DNA of 64,000 nt from an uncultured Candidatus Saccharibacteria bacterium (lineage in GTDB: Bacteria > Patescibacteriota > Minisyncoccia > Phycocordibacterales > UBA12088): NCBI GenBank assembly GCA_964411375.1, contig CAYPKR010000003.1, forward strand, positions 7,237 through 71,236. The letters are read 5' to 3'. Below, piece after piece: positions 57,713-64,000 of the stretch (the stretch's first letter is position 1; each line of letters opens with the position of its first letter). The translations under genes and the position numbers were made by a program. Below the pieces are notes generated by a model. It had not been told where the DNA came from. It searched no databases and saw only the letters and a program-made list of their open reading frames with translations.

Positions 57713-58546
57713 ATGGACGAACTCATAATTGGAGGAAAACAATATATCTCGTCAAGGCGAGCGGCTGAAATAACCGGCTATGCAAAAGACTATATCGGTC
57801 AACTTTGTCGGGGGAAACGTATCGAAGGGAAATTAGTCGGTCGTAATTGGTACGTTGAGCCGAGATCCCTACTCCATCTATCGGCAAAGAAAGGCAACAA
57901 CTCGCTTAGCGGAGATCAAGGCATCTCTCGTAGAGAAGAGGCTTCAAAAGGAGCAGAAATTCTCGCTGAGAGCACATTCGCGTATGAACCAGAAAATGTA
58001 GCATACGAAAACGACGAGTCTCCCTTAGTTCCTGTACTGAAAATAGCAAGGAAAGAAAGTGTGCAAGCTCAGGTCACTTCTACAGACACAGCTCTGGAGT
58101 CAGAAGAATTACCCAGTAACATAGCAATCGATTCTGCCGAGCAAAGGGAGTCTATTGATGAGCCTGTAAAGGTACGCAAGGTTTCAGTTAAGCCATCGGC
58201 TAATGCTGTCGATTTACGCATAATGGGACTTATAAGCGATACCAAGCGAAGGAAGCAAGAGACAGCGGAAAGAGTAGAGAGTCGCGCAGAGACAGAATTA
58301 CAAGCAGTTGAGAAGGTAGTTCAGCCTAAGGTCATAAAGAAGCGGGGGGTCTTTGTCCCAAAGCTATCTCTCGTTCCAGCCCTAAAATTTGCAGTAGTAA
58401 CAGCCAGTCTAATGTTTATACTAGGATCTGTTACAGACAGGACTCACGTTTACCCGAGTGGCAACAATCAGTACTCTATTTCTAGCGCTGCAAGCCTGAC
58501 TGCATCTGTCGAAGAGGGGATTAAAAATCTCGTTAAAACGAGATAA
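57713..58546 (+). CDS. excisionase/MerR-like HTH protein with a C-proximal TM helix
   Basis: YISSRRAAEITGYAKDYIGQLCRGKRIEGKLVGRNWYV; charged linker; hydrophobic LVPALKFAVVTASLMFILGSV. Confidence 0.75.
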   Translation: MDELIIGGKQYISSRRAAEITGYAKDYIGQLCRGKRIEGKLVGRNWYVEPRSLLHLSAKKGNNSLSGDQGISRREEASKGAEILAESTFAYEPENVAYENDESPLVPVLKIARKESVQAQVTSTDTALESEELPSNIAIDSAEQRESIDEPVKVRKVSVKPSANAVDLRIMGLISDTKRRKQETAERVESRAETELQAVEKVVQPKVIKKRGVFVPKLSLVPALKFAVVTASLMFILGSVTDRTHVYPSGNNQYSISSAASLTASVEEGIKNLVKTR

Positions 58547-58883
58547 TCTTATTTTAAAGCAAATAATGGGTACAAAAAGATTCCGTATCGCGGAGTCTTT
58601 TTTCTTGCATTAGGAATATTTGGGCTAGAAAGGAGGTAAATAAATATTTAGTCGGTGTTAGTAATCGAGGTAACCTATCCTCAGGAGGACAGAGGTTTGA
58701 TTCGAATGGATTCGTCGGATCATCGGAAAGTAAGGAATAGCGACTAGATGGGTGAGTCACTTCAAATTTCTTAAGATCTATCTTGTAGATAGAGGCGGTT
58801 GTTGCTGGAATCAGTCACAGATATTTGGAAGTAAGAATATCTATAATACGTTTTAAAATAAGATTATCTCGTTTTGCCGAGAT
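58527..58883. repeat. 32-bp inverted repeats (30/32 identical; 24 bp perfect) bracketing a 293-bp non-coding segment
   Basis: 58527-58558 ATCTCGTTAAAACGAGATAATCTTATTTTAAA versus the reverse complement of 58852-58883, ATCTCGGCAAAACGAGATAATCTTATTTTAAA. Confidence 0.85.
58574..58602. terminator. terminator-like hairpin after the HTH gene
   Basis: AAAAAGATTCCG..CGGAGTCTTTTT. Confidence 0.6.
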
Positions 58884-59226
58884 ATATTTTTAAGCTAAAT
58901 AATTTTAAATAACCTATAACCGCCTTCAAATAATTTTTTGAGTCAATGCGAGTAAAATACCGTGGAAGCGATCCAATTGAGTCAAAAATCGATCTCAATA
59001 GGGAAATAAAGGCTAGATTTTGCTATTTTGAGGGGTTTTAGATCGGAAAGTTTCATTATTTCTATCCAAAATATTCTTTCTATCTTGATATATAGCCATC
59101 TTTTTTATTTTAAGAAAAAATAACCTCAAAAAAGATTCGTTGGAAGCTAAAAAAGTAACGAAAAAATCGAACCATCCGAGATTTTAGATTTGTTGAAAAA
59201 CCTAGTGATTCCGGATATCAAAGAAA

Positions 59227-59280
59227 GTCGATTTTATCCACAGAAATAGTTAGGTCGATGTCGATTTTATCTTGTAAAAT
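59227..59280 (+). promoter_or_regulatory. DnaA box (59234-59242), GTCGATTTTATC direct repeats (59227, 59260) and a -10-like TAAAAT; duplicated at +383
   Basis: Read directly from the sequence. Confidence 0.5.
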
Positions 59281-59308
59281 ATAAGTAATTCGTTCAAACG
59301 GATTAGCC

Positions 59309-59506
59309 ATGAGCACTGTTCTTTTATTCGAAAATAGGGAATACATCGCATCTCGCGATGCAGCGCTCGATTCCGGGTATTCGCTTGATTACATTTCAAA
59401 ACTTTGTCGTTCAAAAAAATTGAACGCAAAGTTGATCGGAAAAAGTTGGTTTGTTGAAAAAGATTCGCTCGAACTTTTTCTTCAATTTTATTTTAAGAAA
59501 AAATAA
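59309..59506 (+). CDS. HTH-only 65-aa ORF created by the duplication (possibly an artefact)
   Basis: First 59 aa are identical to the 59692 protein, followed by FYFKKK-stop. Confidence 0.35.
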   Translation: MSTVLLFENREYIASRDAALDSGYSLDYISKLCRSKKLNAKLIGKSWFVEKDSLELFLQFYFKKK

Positions 59507-59691
59507 CCTCAAAAAAGATTCGTTGGAAGCTAAAAAAGTAACGAAAAAATCGAACCATCCGAGATTTTAGATTTGTTGAAAAACCTAGTGATTCCGGATA
59601 TCAAAGAAAGTCGATTTTATCCACAGAAATAGTTAGGTCGATGTCGATTTTATCTTGTAAAATATAAGTAATTCGTTCAAACGGATTAGCC

Positions 59692-60789
59692 ATGAGCACT
59701 GTTCTTTTATTCGAAAATAGGGAATACATCGCATCTCGCGATGCAGCGCTCGATTCCGGGTATTCGCTTGATTACATTTCAAAACTTTGTCGTTCAAAAA
59801 AATTGAACGCAAAGTTGATCGGAAAAAGTTGGTTTGTTGAAAAAGATTCGCTCGAACTTTTTCTTCAATCACAAGAAAGAATCAAAATTGAAAATCAGAA
59901 GCGCCTTTCGCGTGAACGCCGCTCTGATTACCGCACCATTCGACTTCAGGAGAGTGTGGTCAAACTTCGAGAGAACATTTCAGAAACTGCATCGAATTCT
60001 GCCAAGGGAATTTTTTCACGTTTCCCTGCAATCGCCTCTACCCTCACTCTCGCAGTACTTCTCTATGCAGTCGTAAGCGGTACTATATCGATTTCGAACA
60101 TTTCAAATCGTGCACAGTCGGCACTTGCTGATGCGGCAAATACCATTGGTTTTATCGGTGATCTTGCGAGTCAAAATCAAACTGCATGGAATGCATTTAA
60201 TGCAAATATGCAGACTGCAATGATCGGTGTTTCAGAAGCGACAACTGATTTGCAAAAAAATATTGGATTTTTTGTAAACGAGATGAATCACGAGACAATG
60301 GTTAGTCACCGAGCAATTGGAGCATCAGCAAATACTGCAATCAGTGCGCTTACTACTACGGGTAAAAATATCGGATCGAACATCTACGCAGTGTTGCTTA
60401 CTCTCCATGACACTGCAATCGTATACGTGAATGGGCTCTGGGGTCACATGGCATTTGTCGCACCACAATCTCGAGAAATTTCTGAAGCACCAAAATCGAA
60501 TACGAACACAAATACAAACACGCCGACAACTGAAGATTCTGGCTCGCCGCAAGGAATGGTTGTGGTCCCATCGAACGGAACACCGAGTGCAGATGCCGAA
60601 CAAATTTCAAGAATTCAAAAGACGTTCTCTGACAAAGTTTCTGTGATACCGGCAGAAGACGGAGAAAGCGGAATTATTAGACCTGAATTTAAAGACACGA
60701 AAGGCAGTGATTATGTCTACGTGCTCGTTCCTGTTGGCGGCGGCGAACAAAATTCAGGAAGCGTAAATACTGGCGGTACGAAGCCATAA
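59692..60789 (+). CDS. excisionase/MerR-like HTH, coiled coil, TM and extracytoplasmic domain
   Basis: YIASRDAALDSGYSLDYISKLCRSKKLNAKLIGKSWFV; TM FPAIASTLTLAVLLYAVVSG; C-terminal GMVVVP..FSDKV..GIIRPEF..YVYVLVPV. Confidence 0.8.
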   Translation: MSTVLLFENREYIASRDAALDSGYSLDYISKLCRSKKLNAKLIGKSWFVEKDSLELFLQSQERIKIENQKRLSRERRSDYRTIRLQESVVKLRENISETASNSAKGIFSRFPAIASTLTLAVLLYAVVSGTISISNISNRAQSALADAANTIGFIGDLASQNQTAWNAFNANMQTAMIGVSEATTDLQKNIGFFVNEMNHETMVSHRAIGASANTAISALTTTGKNIGSNIYAVLLTLHDTAIVYVNGLWGHMAFVAPQSREISEAPKSNTNTNTNTPTTEDSGSPQGMVVVPSNGTPSADAEQISRIQKTFSDKVSVIPAEDGESGIIRPEFKDTKGSDYVYVLVPVGGGEQNSGSVNTGGTKP

Positions 60790-60801
60790 TTTTTGTTTGT
60801 T

Positions 60802-60848
60802 CCTGGTTTCCCACCACTTCTCTGGACGTGCGGTGGTGGGAAACTGGG
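60802..60848 (+). other. 16-bp intergenic stem-loop without a U-tract
   Basis: CCTGGTTTCCCACCAC / GTGGTGGGAAACTGGG. Confidence 0.6.
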
Positions 60849-60878
60849 CGGAAACGCACGGTACTAGGTCGAAAAAAT

Positions 60879-61817
60879 ATGTTCACACTGAATTCATCAC
60901 AACAGAAAAAAATTGCAGGAATTGCTCTTGGAGCACTTTCGATTTTCTTGGTGAATGGACTTAGTGCAATCGCAGCAGCACCGGAAGGCGCATTCATGGT
61001 GACACCGGCGAAAGTGGAAATCGACATCAATCCGGGAGAGACGGTGAGTCGAGACATCACGATCGAAAACAATACGGGAAGTGAAACAACATTTACGATG
61101 ACCGCAGAAAATATTTCAGGAACTCACAGTGGGAGTGAGACCGTCGTATTTTCAAATGCAACTGACACAGCATCATCGCTCAAAGAAAATATTTCGTTTG
61201 AAAAAAATACATTCACGATTGCAAACGGAGGAAAAATTTCACTTCCTGTTACGATCACCATTCCGCAAAACGCAGAACCATCGGGACGCTACGCGGCAGT
61301 GTTAGTTAAAGCGATTCCATCTGGATCAGCGAGCGGCGCATCAGTTGCATCGCAAATCGGCGTACTCTTTTTCGTACGCGTCGCAGGAGACACTGGTGCA
61401 AACGCAACGCTCAAAAAATTCGGGACAAAAAATGATGCATATCTGTTTGCAAATGCTGACGTGCCATTTCGAGTGACGTTTGAAAATACCGGAAACGTAC
61501 ACGTAAATCCGTATGGAAAAATCTGGATTCGAAATATGCTCGGACAAAAAGTTGGAGAAATTATTCTCGACCCATGGTTCGTGCTTCCAAATTCAGTACG
61601 CACACGTGACGCTGAGTGGAAAATGTCTGGCGCATTCGGCGTATACCGCGCAGTACTTGAAGTGAATCGCGGATACGAAAATATTGTTGAAAGCGCATCG
61701 GTCTCGTTTGTCGTGTTGCCGTGGTATGTTCTGCCAACCTTGCTTATTTTCCTCGGTGCAATTGTGTGGGTTCTGTCAGTTCGACAAGCACGCAAAAAAA
61801 CAGAGCAAACAATATGA
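60879..61817 (+). CDS. DUF916/DUF3324-like (WxL-interacting, CscA-like) surface protein
   Basis: Signal peptide, PGETVSRDITIEN, TITIP-x-NAEP-x-GRY, FENTGNVH, VLP-x-S-x-R, G-x-Y, C-terminal TM and basic tail. Confidence 0.7.
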   Translation: MFTLNSSQQKKIAGIALGALSIFLVNGLSAIAAAPEGAFMVTPAKVEIDINPGETVSRDITIENNTGSETTFTMTAENISGTHSGSETVVFSNATDTASSLKENISFEKNTFTIANGGKISLPVTITIPQNAEPSGRYAAVLVKAIPSGSASGASVASQIGVLFFVRVAGDTGANATLKKFGTKNDAYLFANADVPFRVTFENTGNVHVNPYGKIWIRNMLGQKVGEIILDPWFVLPNSVRTRDAEWKMSGAFGVYRAVLEVNRGYENIVESASVSFVVLPWYVLPTLLIFLGAIVWVLSVRQARKKTEQTI

Positions 61818-62560
61818 CGACTCGCAGAGTAAAAATCGCAGTCATGTTTGTACTTGGACTCGCACTCACTGCATCAGCAGACACCATGCAAAGTAGTAAC
61901 TATCGAATTCAGCAAGACAGCATGAACGCTGGTGGCGTTCGCTCAACTTCAGGAACCTACTCGATGGAAGATACCGTTGGCGAACAAGCAACTGGCTATT
62001 CAGGTAGCGCTTCGTACAACCTCAAAGCGGGATATCAGCAGATGGATAGCGTCGGATTAGCCCTGACTGGAGCCGCAAATGTGACGCTCTTGCCTGCACT
62101 TCAGACAACCGGCGGAGGAACTTCAACTGGTTCATTGCCACTTACTGCAACAACCGATAACACCACTGGCTACCAGATGTCGATCAAGGTTTCGAACAAT
62201 CCAGCGATGCAGTCGAATTCAGCATCGATTCCGAACTATGCACCAGTTGGGGCAGACCCTGATTTCGAATTCATTACACCAGTTGCCGCTGCAGCATTCG
62301 CTTTTTCTCCGGAGGGAACAGAGATTGTACAGAAATACAAAGATGACGGCACTGCATGCAATATCGGTACATTCGATACGACTGGCGCTTGTTGGAATTT
62401 GCTTTCAACGATTGACGATGTCATTGCAACGCGCGGAACGGCAAACAATCCTTTGGGAACAGTGACAACACTTAAATTCCAAGTTGCGGCAGATGCAGCG
62501 ACAACGCTTTCGGCCGGATCGTACATTGCAACAACTACCGTGACACTGATCGCACTCTAA
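61814..62560 (+). CDS. secreted beta-rich protein with a WxL-like C-terminus
   Basis: Signal peptide, MQSSNYRIQQDS, TGYQMSIK, a Cys pair, and the ending AGSYIATTTVTLIAL. Confidence 0.6.
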   Translation: MTTRRVKIAVMFVLGLALTASADTMQSSNYRIQQDSMNAGGVRSTSGTYSMEDTVGEQATGYSGSASYNLKAGYQQMDSVGLALTGAANVTLLPALQTTGGGTSTGSLPLTATTDNTTGYQMSIKVSNNPAMQSNSASIPNYAPVGADPDFEFITPVAAAAFAFSPEGTEIVQKYKDDGTACNIGTFDTTGACWNLLSTIDDVIATRGTANNPLGTVTTLKFQVAADAATTLSAGSYIATTTVTLIAL

Positions 62561-62564
62561 TCGT

Positions 62565-63905
62565 ATGCGAACGTTTCTCTCACTCATCTTCCTCGCAACA
62601 TTCATGGCACTTCCACTCCTCACTCTTCGCGCAGCTGAAACCGGAACCTTCACGGTCGGTCTTTCGGTTACTGCACCAACTGGAGGTAGTACGACTGGCA
62701 CGACAGGAACAGGGACGACTGGGGGAACAACGGGAGGAAACGGCGCACCACCAGAACATCAGCTTCCAAAAATTCTAAACGTGATCGTAACTCCTGATAT
62801 TCATTCATCACTCATCACGTATACGACTGATCCACATGCACTTGGTTCGATTCAATATGGAAAAACAATCGACTACGAGGCAGGAACCATTTCTGAATCC
62901 TTCTATGTCACGAGTCACGCGACACAAATTTCTGGACTTGAAGCAGATACACTCTACTACTTCAAAATTTCAGTCATTGATGGGTTTGGTGGAATCGCTA
63001 CATATATAGGTACGTTCCACACCACCGAAGTCGCGACAACTCCAACTCCAGTTACTCCGGCAAACCCAACAACATTCACTGCAACGCCGCACGCAAAAGA
63101 GATTGATCTTAATTGGATTACTCCGGGCGTCGTAAATCCAGAAGTGCGCATCATGAAATCAGATTCGTTCTATCCGAATGATCCAAGTGACGGCACACTT
63201 CTTTTTGAAGGATACGGTAATTCATTTCCTGATACCGATGTTGTCCCTGGAAAAACCTACTACTACACGCTCTTCGTAAAACAGGGAGACGAATATTCTT
63301 CCGGAGTTATTGCAAAAGCAACCGTTCCAAATGTTGGTGTTGAACCACTTCCACCTTCTTCAAATCCGTTCGAAGGATTGCCAACCTCATCAAACATCGA
63401 TCCAAAAATTCAATCGCTCACGCTTGAAGATTTCCTCTTCATTCAAGATGGAAAAATTCTTTCTTCGCATAACGGACAGATCAACATCGATGGAGAAAAG
63501 AATTTGACCGTTATCTTGCCGTACGATCGCGTGCCGGAAATCTTGAAGACCATCGGTATCACACTCCACGACCCAGAAGATCCTGCAAAAACATTCACGT
63601 TCTTGCTTCGAGTGAATGAAGATAAAAGCGGATATGTTGCAACAATCGCCCCACTTGGTCGCTCAGGAATCTACAATCTCGCGATCATCATCCTCGACTA
63701 CAAAAATCAAGGACTCAAGGAACTCAAAGGTGCGCTTCTTGCCGAAGTACAAACTGCGCTCCCAATAGTCGGCGGACTCCTTGGCCGAATTTCAAACCTA
63801 CTTGATTGCCCACCGTTCTTCCTCGCTATTTTCCTTTCGGTCATTTTGGCAGGCGCGCTACCACGTCGCCGCAAAGACCATGGGGTAATCGCCGCTTCTG
63901 CCTGA
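62565..63905 (+). CDS. surface protein with fibronectin type III domains and a C-terminal TM
   Basis: Signal peptide, G/T linker, ISGLEADTLYYFKI, LNW..DTDVVPGKTYYY. Confidence 0.75.
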   Translation: MRTFLSLIFLATFMALPLLTLRAAETGTFTVGLSVTAPTGGSTTGTTGTGTTGGTTGGNGAPPEHQLPKILNVIVTPDIHSSLITYTTDPHALGSIQYGKTIDYEAGTISESFYVTSHATQISGLEADTLYYFKISVIDGFGGIATYIGTFHTTEVATTPTPVTPANPTTFTATPHAKEIDLNWITPGVVNPEVRIMKSDSFYPNDPSDGTLLFEGYGNSFPDTDVVPGKTYYYTLFVKQGDEYSSGVIAKATVPNVGVEPLPPSSNPFEGLPTSSNIDPKIQSLTLEDFLFIQDGKILSSHNGQINIDGEKNLTVILPYDRVPEILKTIGITLHDPEDPAKTFTFLLRVNEDKSGYVATIAPLGRSGIYNLAIIILDYKNQGLKELKGALLAEVQTALPIVGGLLGRISNLLDCPPFFLAIFLSVILAGALPRRRKDHGVIAASA

Positions 63906-63914
63906 TACATATAT

Positions 63915-64000
63915 ATGTACGTTTCGACGACAATCTCATTTTTGAAAAAGATACTTGCAGGCGCGGGCATGTTGCTCTTGCTTGCGTTGCCACTTCTTTC
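63915..64000 (+). CDS. N-terminus (signal peptide) of the next surface-operon gene, cut by the window edge
   Basis: MYVSTTISFLKKILAGAGMLLLLALPLL, open to the end of the window. Confidence 0.55.
   Translation, partial: MYVSTTISFLKKILAGAGMLLLLALPLL

Larger units (their letters stand above)
59103..59868. repeat. exact tandem duplication, 2 x 383 bp (59103-59485 / 59486-59868)
   Basis: Identical copies; the ATGs at 59309 and 59692 are 383 bp apart. Confidence 0.95.

Noticed and set aside
58554-58760. 68-aa ORF inside the IR-bounded segment
   Set aside because: It has no clear start signals, crosses a terminator-like hairpin and does not resemble a recombinase or transposase.
57713-60789. Integrated element suggested by excisionase-like domains
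   Set aside because: No integrase, att-like direct repeats or tRNA target were seen; the domains are fused to TM segments.
62680-62745. Short repeats encoding GGSTTGTTGTGTTGGTTGG
   Set aside because: This is an ordinary low-complexity linker with varied codons, not a DNA-level repeat element.
1-64000. CRISPR array, rRNA, IS transposase, alternative genetic code
   Set aside because: No regularly spaced short repeats, rRNA-like tracts or transposase motifs were seen; TGA terminates conserved genes such as murI and murC at their expected ends.

Overview
A 64-kb chromosomal stretch from a reduced-genome bacterium using genetic code 11. It is most likely Patescibacteria/CPR (Parcubacteria-like); this is inferred from the gene set, the stand-alone VirD4-like ATPase, the short UDP-sugar dehydrogenases, the membrane-anchored excisionase-like HTH proteins and the pervasive leaderless gene starts. 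Left part (1-11 kb): murI, a fasciclin protein, murD, murC, an HTTM-DCC fusion, rsmI, a VirD4/TraG-like ATPase and a lamin-tail/PKD surface protein. Middle part (11.2-49 kb): a ~38-kb surface-glycan locus with many GT4/GT2 enzymes, two AsnB-type amidotransferases, two UDP-sugar dehydrogenases, several methyltransferases, two GT-C-like membrane proteins, GtrA, KdsB, Wzx and an O-antigen-ligase/TPR protein. Right part: murB, secA, a YvlD-type protein, obgE, a Nudix hydrolase, gatB, two membrane-tethered HTH proteins and the start of a WxL/Csc-like surface operon. No tRNA, rRNA, CRISPR array, integrase or transposase was seen. The most unusual signals are non-coding and lie at 49.0-50.9 kb: (1) two tandem putative small RNAs, where the 5' 40 nt of the first are a circularly permuted complement of the 33-nt loop of the second; (2) two copies of a ~125-bp palindromic element with compensatory base changes; (3) an unannotated 20-aa Lys-rich peptide gene with its own candidate promoter, DnaA box, structured leader and terminator. 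At 57.4-58.9 kb a 32-bp inverted-repeat pair and three ATCTCG-N6-CGAGAT dyads surround the first HTH gene. Two exact tandem duplications (125 and 383 bp) may be assembly artefacts. All protein calls come from motif recognition by eye; no database searches were run.
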